Source of the DNA: Eubacteriales bacterium | GTDB lineage: Bacteria; Bacillota; Clostridia; Oscillospirales; CAG-272 | DNA length: 64,000 nucleotides | Assembly (NCBI GenBank): GCA_045653805.1 | Contig: JAZOMF010000075.1 | Location: forward strand, 123,200-187,199 | Direction of reading: 5' to 3' | Part shown: positions 10,176 to 19,585 of the stretch, piece after piece | How positions within the stretch are numbered: position 1 is the stretch's first letter | Layout of the letters: every line of letters starts with the position of its first letter | Made by a program: the position numbers and the translations under genes | Notes under the pieces: generated by a model | Databases searched by the model: none | The model's input: only the letters and a program-made list of their open reading frames with translations | Told to the model about the DNA's origin: nothing

Positions 10176-10335
10176 GATACTGCTCCTTAATTGTATTACA
10201 TCATAATTATATCATGCGGTCGCGCGATTGTCAATGGCGTTTTTGGAATTTTATGCAAATATTTAATTCTTAAGGGGTTTTAACATTTAAAAGCAAAATT
10301 CTTTCAAAATGTTATATAATATTATAAATTAACAC

Positions 10336-10364
10336 TTGAAAATTATTTCGAAATGAGGTATAAT
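10336..10364 (+). promoter_or_regulatory. Sigma-A-type promoter upstream of coaE
   Basis: TTGAAA, 17 nt spacer, TATAAT, about 60 nt upstream of the coaE ATG. Confidence 0.55.
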
Positions 10365-10422
10365 ACAAATTAGGTGTTTGTTATTAAGACAAAAAATCCA
10401 AATTTGACGAAAGGAGTCGGAT

Positions 10423-11028
10423 ATGTTCATTATCGGTATCACCGGTCCCAGCGGCTCGGGCAAGGGCGAGGTTTCAAAACATCTTTCGTCAAAGGGCGCA
10501 AAAATAATAGATGCCGACGAGGTGTATCACGACGTTATCACTCCCCCATCAGCCTGTATCAACGAATTGGTCTCAACTTTTGGCAAGGAGATATTGACCG
10601 ACACGGGGGCAATTAACAGAAAAAATCTTGCCTTGATCGTGTTCAGCGAAGAAAACAAAGAAAATCTTGAGCGATTGAACAAGATCACCCACAAATATGT
10701 GATAGAGCGCATAAACGACATTATTTTCGACTGCAAAAATCAGGGCGTTGACGTTTGCGTGATAGACGCCCCCCTGCTTATTGAGGCAGGCATACATAAG
10801 AATTGCGACTTAACTATATCGGTGCTTGCACATAAGGACACTCGCATAGAAAGAATAATGCAACGCGACGGTATCGACCGTTCCGCGGCAGAGCGACGCG
10901 TCAACTCGCAAAAGCCTGATGAGTTTTATAAAGAAAACACCGACGAAACGGTATATAATAACGGCGATCTTGCTTCCCTGTTTGCAGATGTCGATTCCAT
11001 CCTTCAAAAAAGGCGGATCAAGTTATGA
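10423..11028 (+). CDS. coaE: Dephospho-CoA kinase
   Basis: P-loop IGITGPSGSGKG at the N-terminus. 201 aa. RBS GAAAGGAG. Confidence 0.9.
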   Translation: MFIIGITGPSGSGKGEVSKHLSSKGAKIIDADEVYHDVITPPSACINELVSTFGKEILTDTGAINRKNLALIVFSEENKENLERLNKITHKYVIERINDIIFDCKNQGVDVCVIDAPLLIEAGIHKNCDLTISVLAHKDTRIERIMQRDGIDRSAAERRVNSQKPDEFYKENTDETVYNNGDLASLFADVDSILQKRRIKL

Positions 11029-11600
11029 CAAGAGGTCGCAAGAGATATGCAGGCTCCGGTTGGGGCAAAATAATACTGATAGTTCTGGCAATTTCCATCG
11101 TTTTTGGTTTTGTCTTCGACTTCGCCATAAATCAGATCGAGCACGCACTTTACCCCCAGCCCTCGAAATACACAGAATCGGTGCAAAAGTATTCCGAAAG
11201 ATTTAACGTTCCCGAGGAGCTTATATGGGCGGTGATCAAAACCGAAAGTGGATTTGATTCCTCCGCTGTATCAAGTGCAGGTGCGGTGGGACTTATGCAG
11301 TTGACCGAATCCACGTTCAATGAAATCAGCACCCAACGACTTAAAGAAGGCCTTGCGGCAGGTATGAGATACGATCCCGATACCAATATCCGCTATGGAA
11401 CATACTATCTTTCATATCTATACCAAAGATACGGAAACTGGGATGCCGCCCTCGCCGCTTATAATGGCGGACTTGGAAACGCTGACGATTGGGTCGATGA
11501 AAACGGCAAGCTCTCAGTTAATGATATTCCATTTAGAGAAACGAGAAATTACGTTAAAAAGGTTAATTGGGCAAGGAGAAAATATGAGGATCTTTACTGA
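11025..11600 (+). CDS. Lytic transglycosylase (SLT domain), membrane-anchored
   Basis: ATGA overlap with the coaE stop. N-terminal TM helix. Catalytic block IKTESGFDSSAVSSAGAVGLMQL...AYNGG. Confidence 0.85.
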   Translation: MTRGRKRYAGSGWGKIILIVLAISIVFGFVFDFAINQIEHALYPQPSKYTESVQKYSERFNVPEELIWAVIKTESGFDSSAVSSAGAVGLMQLTESTFNEISTQRLKEGLAAGMRYDPDTNIRYGTYYLSYLYQRYGNWDAALAAYNGGLGNADDWVDENGKLSVNDIPFRETRNYVKKVNWARRKYEDLY

Positions 11601-11656
11601 TCTCTCTGAAAATAAAAAACAATACATAGATAATTCTATGGAGAAAGGATAAAAAA

Positions 11657-13030
11657 ATGAGCAACGAACTTACCTACACAAAAGCTAATTTTTACGACAA
11701 GGCAACCGACTCCGAGATCAAAGCCGCTTACGATTATTGTGACGGCTACATGGCCTACATGGATGCCTCCAAGACCGAGAGAGAGGCTGTTAATGTCTCT
11801 ATCGCTATGGCAGAGGCACAGGGTTACAAGCCCTACTCCTTTGGTATGGAGATCAAGGCAGGCGACAAGCTCTACTATAACAATCGCGGCAGAAATCTCT
11901 ACCTTTTCAGAATCGGTAGCGAAAACATCAACAACGGTATGAGAATAATTGCTTCTCACATCGACAGCCCCAGACTTGACTTCAAGCAGGTTCCGATCTA
12001 CGAGGACGGCGGCTTCTGCTTCGCTAAAACTCACTACTACGGCGGTGTTCGCAAGTACCAGTGGGTAGCTATCCCCTTGGCACTTCACGGAACAGTTGCA
12101 AAGAAGGACGGCACATGCGTTGACATCTGCATTGGCGACGAGGACGGCGAGCCCGTATTCTACATCAACGATCTTCTCCCACACCTTGCAAAGGATCAGA
12201 GCGCAAAGCCCCTCGGTCAGGCAATTCCCGCAGAGAGCCTTAACATCGTTCTTGGCTCTAGACCCCTTGCAGACACCGAGGACGCAAACAAGATCAAGCT
12301 TAACGTTCTCAACATCCTCAACGAGAAGTACGGCATCAACGAGGAAGACTTCCTCTCCGCTGACATCTTCGTAGTACCCGCAGGCAAGGCTCGCGACGTT
12401 GGCTTTGACCGTTCCCTTATGTCCGCATACGGTCACGACGACAAGGTATGCGCATATCCCTCCCTCACTGCACTCTTTGAGTCCGATGCAAGCGAGCACA
12501 CCCTTATGGTCGTTCTTGCCGACAAGGAGGAGATCGGTAGCGAGGGTAACACCGGTATGCAGTGCGGTCTCTTCACCGACCTTATGGGTGCTATCACCGA
12601 GTCTCTCGGCGGCAACATCTATGCTGTAAAGGCTAACTCCAAGTGCCTCAGTGCCGACGTTAACGCTTGCTTCGATCCCAATTTCGCAGAAGTTTACGAG
12701 TCTAAGAACGCAGCTAAGATCAACTGTGGTATCGCTATGTCCAAGTATACCGGTAGCGGCGGAAAGGGTGGCACCAACGATGCTCCCGCAGAGTACATCG
12801 CTTGGATCAGAAAGATCTATGAGGAGTACGGAGTTCTTTGGCAGACCGCAGAGCTTGGCAAGACCGACCAGGGCGGCGGCGGAACCGTTGCAAAGTATAT
12901 TGCAAAGCACAACATTGAAACCGTTGACCTCGGTGTTCCCGTAATTTCCATGCACGCTCCCTACGAGGTAGTTTCCAAGGCAGACGTTTACTCTGCTCAC
13001 AAGGCATTCTACGCCTTCAACATGGCTTAA
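11657..13030 (+). CDS. M18-family aminopeptidase
   Basis: Blocks ASHIDSPRLDFK, YGHDDKVCAY, ADKEEIGSEGNTG and ISMHAPYE. Confidence 0.85.
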   Translation: MSNELTYTKANFYDKATDSEIKAAYDYCDGYMAYMDASKTEREAVNVSIAMAEAQGYKPYSFGMEIKAGDKLYYNNRGRNLYLFRIGSENINNGMRIIASHIDSPRLDFKQVPIYEDGGFCFAKTHYYGGVRKYQWVAIPLALHGTVAKKDGTCVDICIGDEDGEPVFYINDLLPHLAKDQSAKPLGQAIPAESLNIVLGSRPLADTEDANKIKLNVLNILNEKYGINEEDFLSADIFVVPAGKARDVGFDRSLMSAYGHDDKVCAYPSLTALFESDASEHTLMVVLADKEEIGSEGNTGMQCGLFTDLMGAITESLGGNIYAVKANSKCLSADVNACFDPNFAEVYESKNAAKINCGIAMSKYTGSGGKGGTNDAPAEYIAWIRKIYEEYGVLWQTAELGKTDQGGGGTVAKYIAKHNIETVDLGVPVISMHAPYEVVSKADVYSAHKAFYAFNMA

Positions 13031-13033
13031 TTT

Positions 13034-14110
13034 ATGTTCCACAAGCTTGTTTCCACTGCCGAGAAGTATGCAAGACTCGAATATGAGCTTGCCAACAACA
13101 CGGCACTGATAACAGACGCACAGGCATACGCCAAGGCTATAAAAGAATATCGCTCGCTAACTCCCGTGGTTGAAAAATATCGCGAATACAAGCGCGCCGA
13201 GCAGGACGTAGAGGATGCCTTGATGATAATTGACGAGGCAGAGGACGACGATATGCGCGAGATGGCGCAGGACGAGCTTAAGGAAGCAAAAATACGCGTG
13301 GAGCGCCTTAGTGAGGAGCTTACCGTGCTTTTGCTTCCCCGCGACCCTAACGATGACAAAAACATCATTGTTGAAATTCGTGCGGGTGCGGGCGGCGAGG
13401 AGGCGGCGCTCTTTGCGGCAGTTCTCTATCGCATGTACTCGATGTACGCCTCTGCTGTGGGCTTTAAGGTCTCGGTTGCAAATGCAAACGAAACAGAGCT
13501 TGGCGGATATAAGGAGATCTCCTTTACCGTCGAGGGTGACGGTGCATATTCCCGTTTCAAATTCGAGTCAGGAGTTCACAGAGTTCAGAGAGTTCCCGAG
13601 ACCGAGTCTCAAGGCAGAATCCAGACCTCTACCGCAACCGTTGCGGTACTGCCCGAGGTTGAGGATGTTGAAATTGAGATCAAGGACTCCGACCTTATTT
13701 ACGAATCCTGCAAATCCAGCGGCGCAGGAGGTCAGCACATCAACAAGACCGAGTCCGCCGTAAGACTTACCCACAAGCCCTCGGGTATCGTTATCGAATG
13801 TCAGGAGGAGCGCTCACAGTTCAAAAACAAGGACAAAGCACTCAAGATGCTCCGTGCAAAGCTTTATGATATAAAGCAACGTGAGCAATCCGACAAGATA
13901 GCATCCGACAGAAAGAGTCAAGTTGGAACTGGTGACCGTAGCGAAAAGATCCGAACCTACAACTATCCCCAAAACAGAGTTACCGACCACCGTATCGGAG
14001 TAACTCTCCACTCCCTTGACAGCTTCGTCAACGGAAACATCGGCCAGATGATAGACTCGCTTATCGCGGCAGACACTGCCGAAAAGCTTAAAGCCGAAAG
14101 CAACACTTAA
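13034..14110 (+). CDS. prfA: Peptide chain release factor 1
   Basis: GGQ motif SGAGGQHINKTESAVRLTH and the RF1-type recognition loop RVQRVPETESQGRIQTS. Confidence 0.95.
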   Translation: MFHKLVSTAEKYARLEYELANNTALITDAQAYAKAIKEYRSLTPVVEKYREYKRAEQDVEDALMIIDEAEDDDMREMAQDELKEAKIRVERLSEELTVLLLPRDPNDDKNIIVEIRAGAGGEEAALFAAVLYRMYSMYASAVGFKVSVANANETELGGYKEISFTVEGDGAYSRFKFESGVHRVQRVPETESQGRIQTSTATVAVLPEVEDVEIEIKDSDLIYESCKSSGAGGQHINKTESAVRLTHKPSGIVIECQEERSQFKNKDKALKMLRAKLYDIKQREQSDKIASDRKSQVGTGDRSEKIRTYNYPQNRVTDHRIGVTLHSLDSFVNGNIGQMIDSLIAADTAEKLKAESNT

Positions 14111-14134
14111 AACAAAAACAGAAAGGAGCCGCTT

Positions 14135-15172
14135 ATGAAAACAACGGTTATTAAAATTGAAGATATAGCCAAGCAAGCGCAAGATATTGAGCGCGCGGCG
14201 GCTCTCATACGCGACGGCGGATTGGTTGTCATTCCCACAGAGACGGTTTACGGTCTTGGTGGCGATGGAACCAATCCTCTGTCCGCTCAAAAAATATATG
14301 CGGCGAAGGGTCGCCCCTCGGATAACCCGCTTATAATACATATAAGCGACCCCTCCGAAGCCGAAAACTACGCCTACACGGGCGAGCTTTACTACAAGCT
14401 GGCAAAGACGTTTATGCCCGGCCCTCTTACCGTTATTCTTCCTAAAAAGGACACTGTCCCCTATGAAACCACGGGCGGACTTGACACGGTAGCTATCCGC
14501 TGCCCCTCCCATCCCATTGCTCACGCCATAATCAAGGCGGCAGGCGTGCCCGTAGCCGCACCCTCGGCTAACATTTCGGGCAAGCCCTCCACAACGGCGG
14601 TCAAACACGTAATCGAGGACTTCGACGGCAGAGTTGATATGATAATCGACGGAGGCGCGTGCGAAATCGGTCTTGAATCTACAATCGTCCTCATAACAAA
14701 AGAAGGCGGACTTATTTTGCTCCGCCCCGGTGCTATCACCTACGATGCACTTTGTTGCGTTTGCGATAATGTGACTATTTCCCCCACACTTGAGGGTACG
14801 CTAAGCGAAAACGAGCGCCCCTTGTCTCCCGGAATGAAATATAAGCACTATGCACCCGCATCTCAGCTTATTTTGCTTGACGGTGAGGATAAGAACGTAA
14901 TCGAATTTTTGAAAAACGAGCAAAAGAGATGTCGCCCCGCTATCCTTTGCTACGACGAAGAGGCAGAACTGCTTGAAAACAAGCTTTTGTTGCCTATCGG
15001 CGGCAGAGATGACCAAGTATCCCACGCGAAAATGCTTTTTGCAAGGCTTCGCGAATGTGATTCCCTGTCTCCTGACATAATTTACGCCCATCTTCCCGGA
15101 AAAGAGGGCTTGGGACTTGCCCTTTACAACCGAATGATCCGCGCGGCGGCGCACACGGTTAAAAAGGTTTAA
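14135..15172 (+). CDS. tsaC: L-threonylcarbamoyladenylate synthase (TsaC/Sua5, long form with Sua5 C-domain)
   Basis: YrdC-domain block VVIPTETVYGLGGD...KGRPSDNPLI...SANISGKPS. 345 aa. Confidence 0.9.
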   Translation: MKTTVIKIEDIAKQAQDIERAAALIRDGGLVVIPTETVYGLGGDGTNPLSAQKIYAAKGRPSDNPLIIHISDPSEAENYAYTGELYYKLAKTFMPGPLTVILPKKDTVPYETTGGLDTVAIRCPSHPIAHAIIKAAGVPVAAPSANISGKPSTTAVKHVIEDFDGRVDMIIDGGACEIGLESTIVLITKEGGLILLRPGAITYDALCCVCDNVTISPTLEGTLSENERPLSPGMKYKHYAPASQLILLDGEDKNVIEFLKNEQKRCRPAILCYDEEAELLENKLLLPIGGRDDQVSHAKMLFARLRECDSLSPDIIYAHLPGKEGLGLALYNRMIRAAAHTVKKV

Positions 15173-15204
15173 TTTTGAAAATTATACGAAAGGTAATTAT
15201 ATAA

Positions 15205-17406
15205 ATGGCAAAGAAAAAGAAACAAAACGAAGTCAGGGAGATCGTTTATGCCCCAATATTGCCTCAACCTATAACCGAGACCATCGAGAAAAACTATATG
15301 CCCTATACAATGAGCGTTATAGTTTCCCGTGCTATTCCCGAGATCGACGGCTTTAAGCCTGCACACAGAAAGATCCTTTATACCATGTACACCATGGGTC
15401 TTTTAAAGGGCTCGAGAACCAAGAGCGCGAATATCGTTGGTGCGGTAATGAAGCTTCACCCCCACGGCGACCAGTCGATCTACGAAACTATGGTTCGCCT
15501 TACCAAGGGTAACGAGACACTTCTCCACCCCTTTGTAGACTCCAAGGGCAACTTCGGTAAGCAGTATTCCTCCGAAACAAAATATGCAGCTCCCCGTTAT
15601 ACCGAGGCCAAGCTCGACTCCTTCTGCGAAACATTGTTTGACGGAATAGATAAGAATGCGGTCAACATGATCGACAACTATGACGGCACTATGAAGGAGC
15701 CTCAGCTTCTTCCCACCGCGTTTCCTAACATTCTCGTATCTCCCAACAGCGGTATTGCAGTCGGTATGGCATCCGACATCTGCTCCTTCAACCTTTCCGA
15801 AATTTGCGATGGTACTATTGCGGTGCTCAAAAAGCCTAACATCACCGTTGAAAAGATTATGGAGATAATCAAGGCTCCCGATTTTCCCGGTGGCGGTCAG
15901 ATCATTTACGATTATGAGCAGATGAAGAGCATCTACTCAACCGGTGATGGCTCCTTCAAGATTCGCTCAAGATATAATTACGATCCCGACGCAAACTGCA
16001 TCGATATTTACCAGATTCCATACTCCACAACCATTGAGCAGATAATCAACAAGGTTGCGGCAATGGTTAAGGAAGGCAGACTTAAGGAAGTTGTGGACTT
16101 TAGAGACGAGACCGACAAAGAAGGTCTTAAACTCACACTCGATCTCCGCAAGGGCGTTGACCCCGACAAGCTTATGCAAAAGCTCTTCAAGTCCACCCCC
16201 CTTGAAAACAGCTTCAAGTGTAACTTTAACATCATTATAGATGCAGAACCCCGTCAGCTTGGCGTTGTAGACATCATTACCGAATGGATAGCATTCAGAA
16301 TGGAATGCTTAAGCCGAGAGCTTGAATTTGATCTTGAAAAGAAAAAGGCAAAGCTTCATTTGCTCTTGGGTCTCGGCAAGATCCTGCTTGACATAGACAA
16401 GGCGATCCGCATCATCCGTAAGACCGAAAAGGACGAGGACGTTATCCCCAATCTTTGCTCGGGATTTGGCATCGATGAAATTCAGGCAAATTACATTGCT
16501 GACATCAAGCTTCGTAATTTGAACCGTGAGTACATTATCAACCGTATTTCCGAGATCGAAGACCTCAAGAAAGAGATCGCAGAGATCGAAGAGATACTTG
16601 CCGATGAATTCAAGCTGAAGGCACTTATTGCAAGTCAGCTTACCGAGATCAAGAAAAAGTACGGTCAACCCCGTCGCTCCCAGATCATTCACTCCGAAAA
16701 TATCGAGTTATATGTTGAGGAGGATGCGATTGAAAACTATCCTTGCAAGCTGGTTCTCTCTCGTGAGGGCTACTTCAAGAAGATCACCTATCGATCACTC
16801 CAGGGTAATGACGAGCAGTTCTTCAAGGAAGGAGACTCGCTCCGCGAGATATTCGATGCAGAAAACAAGGATACTGTTCTCTTCTTTACCGATAAGGCCC
16901 AGCTCTATCGTGCGCCTGTAAACGATTTTGAAAACTGTAAGGCGTCTGTTATGGGTCAGTTCGTTCCTTCCGTGCTTAAGATGGATCCCGGTGAGAAGCC
17001 GGTGTTTGTATCGCTCCAAAATGAATTTAGAGAGGGATATAACTACGTATTCATTTTTGAAAACGGTAAGGGTGTGAAGATTCCCGAAAAGTCATATGAG
17101 ACCTCCAGTGTCCGCCGTAAGCTCAAGGGAGTATTCTCCACCGCGTCTCCCATCGTTGCGGTATTATCCGAGAATGAAAAGAAACCTTATGAAATAATGA
17201 TGGTCACCAATGACAACCGTGCCATCATCTTCAAAACTTCTCTTATTCCCACCAAGACCACGAAGACATCTATCGGAGTTCAACTTATGACTCTTAAGAA
17301 AAACCAGACTGTAGTCTCCGCCATCTCAGACTTTGACGGTAACGCTGATAATACAAAGGGATGCAGAAAGCTTAAGCTCCCCGCATCCGGAAGTTCAATA
17401 AACTAA
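15205..17406 (+). CDS. Type IIA topoisomerase subunit A (GyrA/ParC family, ParC-like short C-terminal domain)
   Basis: Blocks MSVIVSRAIPEIDGFKPAHRKILY and HPHGDQSIYETMVRL, with the catalytic Tyr in AAPRYTEAKL. No B subunit is adjacent in this window. Confidence 0.85.
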   Translation: MAKKKKQNEVREIVYAPILPQPITETIEKNYMPYTMSVIVSRAIPEIDGFKPAHRKILYTMYTMGLLKGSRTKSANIVGAVMKLHPHGDQSIYETMVRLTKGNETLLHPFVDSKGNFGKQYSSETKYAAPRYTEAKLDSFCETLFDGIDKNAVNMIDNYDGTMKEPQLLPTAFPNILVSPNSGIAVGMASDICSFNLSEICDGTIAVLKKPNITVEKIMEIIKAPDFPGGGQIIYDYEQMKSIYSTGDGSFKIRSRYNYDPDANCIDIYQIPYSTTIEQIINKVAAMVKEGRLKEVVDFRDETDKEGLKLTLDLRKGVDPDKLMQKLFKSTPLENSFKCNFNIIIDAEPRQLGVVDIITEWIAFRMECLSRELEFDLEKKKAKLHLLLGLGKILLDIDKAIRIIRKTEKDEDVIPNLCSGFGIDEIQANYIADIKLRNLNREYIINRISEIEDLKKEIAEIEEILADEFKLKALIASQLTEIKKKYGQPRRSQIIHSENIELYVEEDAIENYPCKLVLSREGYFKKITYRSLQGNDEQFFKEGDSLREIFDAENKDTVLFFTDKAQLYRAPVNDFENCKASVMGQFVPSVLKMDPGEKPVFVSLQNEFREGYNYVFIFENGKGVKIPEKSYETSSVRRKLKGVFSTASPIVAVLSENEKKPYEIMMVTNDNRAIIFKTSLIPTKTTKTSIGVQLMTLKKNQTVVSAISDFDGNADNTKGCRKLKLPASGSSIN

Positions 17407-17435
17407 AGATAAAAAATAAAACGAGGTAAAAGATC

Positions 17436-17540
17436 ATGCTTAAAAAGCTTTGGGTTAAAGTTCTTGCCCTTGTAATGGTGGCTCTTATGGCTTTGAGCAG
17501 CATTGCAATAGCAATTTCTTTTCTTATGAACATGCTGTAA
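17436..17540 (+). CDS. Candidate 34-aa hydrophobic micro-protein
   Basis: ATG preceded by GAGGTAAAAGATC. Translation is MLKKLWVKVLALVMVALMALSSIAIAISFLMNML. It ends just before the terminator hairpin and is below the ORF-track size cut-off. Confidence 0.4.
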   Translation: MLKKLWVKVLALVMVALMALSSIAIAISFLMNML

Positions 17541-17554
17541 TAATAACATAAAAT

Positions 17555-17587
17555 AAAAGGCTCAAGAACTTCTTGAGCCTTTTATTG
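17555..17587. terminator. Bidirectional intrinsic terminator
   Basis: AAAAGGCTCAAGA-ACT-TCTTGAGCCTTTT hairpin with an A-run and a T-run, between convergent small genes. Confidence 0.8.
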
Positions 17588-17818
17588 TTATTCATCATCG
17601 TCGGAATTCAAGATGATTGTATCAACTTCTCCGTTTCCGGTAGTGTCGAGCATTATAGCATCGATTTCTCCGTCTCCGTCAAAATCAAGCTTGCCGATTA
17701 CTACAGACTTTACTTTTCTGTTAACGTAAAAATACACGCCAACAACAGCCGCCGCTACAGCAACAACAGCAGCCGAAACTATGAGAACGATCTTTAACGT
17801 AGATTTCTTATCTGACAT
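17588..17818 (-). CDS. Small single-pass membrane protein with two DxDxDG-type calcium-loop-like motifs and an acidic tail
   Basis: Start chosen at MSDKKS (RBS AAGGAGATCAAT-ATG). TM segment IVLIVSAAVVAVAAAVVGVYFYV, then DFDGDGEIDAIMLDTTGNGEVDTIILNSDDDE. Confidence 0.6.
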   Translation of the reverse strand: MSDKKSTLKIVLIVSAAVVAVAAAVVGVYFYVNRKVKSVVIGKLDFDGDGEIDAIMLDTTGNGEVDTIILNSDDDE

Positions 17819-17977
17819 ATTGATCTCCTTGAAATTATGTTGTGTTTTATATCTATGCTTCAATTATATCATTTATAAGAATAAATTATGTGAATTTGTT
17901 GTAAATTCTCTTAAAAACATAATATTTTTAAACGTTTCCCGTCAATACTTTCCTTAAATCTCAAATGGAGGTATCAA

Positions 17978-18928
17978 ATGACTGAAAACGCTACCAATAT
18001 TCGTTCCTGCGCAATAATAGGATGCGGAAACGTGGGATCTGCAACCGCTTATGCGCTTATGCACAGCAGGCTGCTATCCAAGCTTGTCCTGATAGATATT
18101 AACTCAAAAAAGGCTTACGGTGAAGCTGAAGATATATCTCACTCGCTTCCCTTTAATTCACCTATGGAAATAATATCCGGAGACTACAAGGATATAGTCG
18201 ATTGCGGCATAATAATCATCACTGCAGGGGTAAATCAAACACCCGAGCAGACAAGACTCGACCTTCTGCAAAAAAACGCCAAAATTTTCCGTGGCATTGT
18301 TGACAACATCAAGGAGCACAACAAAAACGCATTACTGCTGGTAGTGACTAACCCGGTGGACATTTTAACCTATATAACTCTTCAGGAGTCCGGATTTCCT
18401 ACATCAAAGGTGATCGGCTCGGGCACCGTGCTTGACACCGCAAGGCTTAAAGAAAAGGTGGGCAAGCATTTGGGAGTAGACAGCAGAAACGTGCATTCAT
18501 TCGTTATCGGAGAGCACGGTGACAGCGAAGTAGCGGTTTGGAGCAGTGCAAACGTATCGGGCATTGATCTCGATAGCTACTACCGTGAGCGACACATGGA
18601 ATTCGATCGTTCCGCCCTTGATCGTCTCGCCGCAGAGGTTATGACCAGCGCATATCGAATTATCGAAGCAAAAGGAGCAACCTACTACGGAATTGCAGAC
18701 TCGGTACGCAGGATCGTCTCGGCTATCGTTAATGACGAACACACCATTCTCCCCATATCTGCCAAGCTTTCAGGAGAATACGGCGTTTATGAGGTCTGTA
18801 TGGGTGTTCCCTGCATTGTTGGTAAAAATGGTATAGAACAGATTTTAGAGATACCTTTAGACAAGACTGAAAAGGAAAGACTCAAGGCATCTGCCCAATC
18901 GCTTAAAGACGCCATTGAGCATCTTTGA
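17978..18928 (+). CDS. ldh: L-lactate dehydrogenase
   Basis: Rossmann block IIGCGNVGSATAYAL, plus VVTNPVDILTY and the catalytic region VIGEHGDSEV. Confidence 0.92.
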   Translation: MTENATNIRSCAIIGCGNVGSATAYALMHSRLLSKLVLIDINSKKAYGEAEDISHSLPFNSPMEIISGDYKDIVDCGIIIITAGVNQTPEQTRLDLLQKNAKIFRGIVDNIKEHNKNALLLVVTNPVDILTYITLQESGFPTSKVIGSGTVLDTARLKEKVGKHLGVDSRNVHSFVIGEHGDSEVAVWSSANVSGIDLDSYYRERHMEFDRSALDRLAAEVMTSAYRIIEAKGATYYGIADSVRRIVSAIVNDEHTILPISAKLSGEYGVYEVCMGVPCIVGKNGIEQILEIPLDKTEKERLKASAQSLKDAIEHL

Positions 18929-18934
18929 CAGCAA

Positions 18935-18958
18935 AAAAGCCGAGGAATCTCGGCTTTT
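18935..18958. terminator. Bidirectional intrinsic terminator after ldh
   Basis: AAAAGCCGAG-GAAT-CTCGGCTTTT. Confidence 0.85.
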
Positions 18959-18966
18959 TCATATAC

Positions 18967-19563
18967 TTAATATACTGCTCTTGATCCACCGATAAATTTC
19001 GGACGGGTGTATGCACAAACTATTTTGGCTTCACCGATCTCTGAGACCGAAAGACGGAGAGGCACTGCAACATCGCGAAGGTGCATTCCGATAAGGGTCA
19101 ATCCGATATCTACTCCGGCGTGAGCCTTTATATGCTCAACGACTACCGGGGATCTCATATTCTCATAGGTCAAGGTAGCAAAAGAGCCGCCTGCCTTCGG
19201 TTGAGGAATCACCGCAACAGGCTCATAACCGTATCTTTCGGCGCATTCCGCCTCAATTACAAGTGCACGGTTAAGATGCTCACAGCACTGCGCGGCAAGA
19301 TATATTCCTCTTTTGCAGAGTTTGGGATATATTGCATCAAAAACGATCTTTGCTGCCTCGAACCTTGAGCCCTTACCTATTTTAGAACCGAGAATCTCAG
19401 ATGACGAGCATCCTATAACCAAAATGTCACCCTTCTTCAACGAGGTGTTTTCAAGGAGCTCGTTTATAACCGTCTCGGCATCTTTTCTTATCTTTTCTTC
19501 AAACGCGGTATCAACTACTGCATCCGCGCCTCTATAATTCTCTGCCATGATCTTATTCTCCAT
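18967..19563 (-). CDS. UPF0340 / TIGR01440-family protein
   Basis: Blocks GDILVIGCSSSEI, YLAAQCCEHLNRALV and AGGSFAT match my memory of the YwlG/UPF0340 family. An alternative start at 19548 (MAENY...) has better RBS spacing. Confidence 0.7.
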   Translation of the reverse strand: MENKIMAENYRGADAVVDTAFEEKIRKDAETVINELLENTSLKKGDILVIGCSSSEILGSKIGKGSRFEAAKIVFDAIYPKLCKRGIYLAAQCCEHLNRALVIEAECAERYGYEPVAVIPQPKAGGSFATLTYENMRSPVVVEHIKAHAGVDIGLTLIGMHLRDVAVPLRLSVSEIGEAKIVCAYTRPKFIGGSRAVY

Positions 19564-19585
19564 ATATATTGACTATCATTGATTA

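Noticed and set aside
11636-13042. A 468-aa minus-strand ORF covering the entire M18 aminopeptidase gene.
   Set aside because: It is the same codon-aligned shadow-frame effect. It has no RBS and low-complexity V/L/G/C-rich sequence, while the sense strand has M18 motifs.
15205-17406. A GyrA/ParC-type subunit A with no adjacent B subunit, considered as a possible orphan or novel topoisomerase.
   Set aside because: It has canonical catalytic motifs and normal size. Separation of A and B subunit genes is common enough that adjacency alone is not informative.
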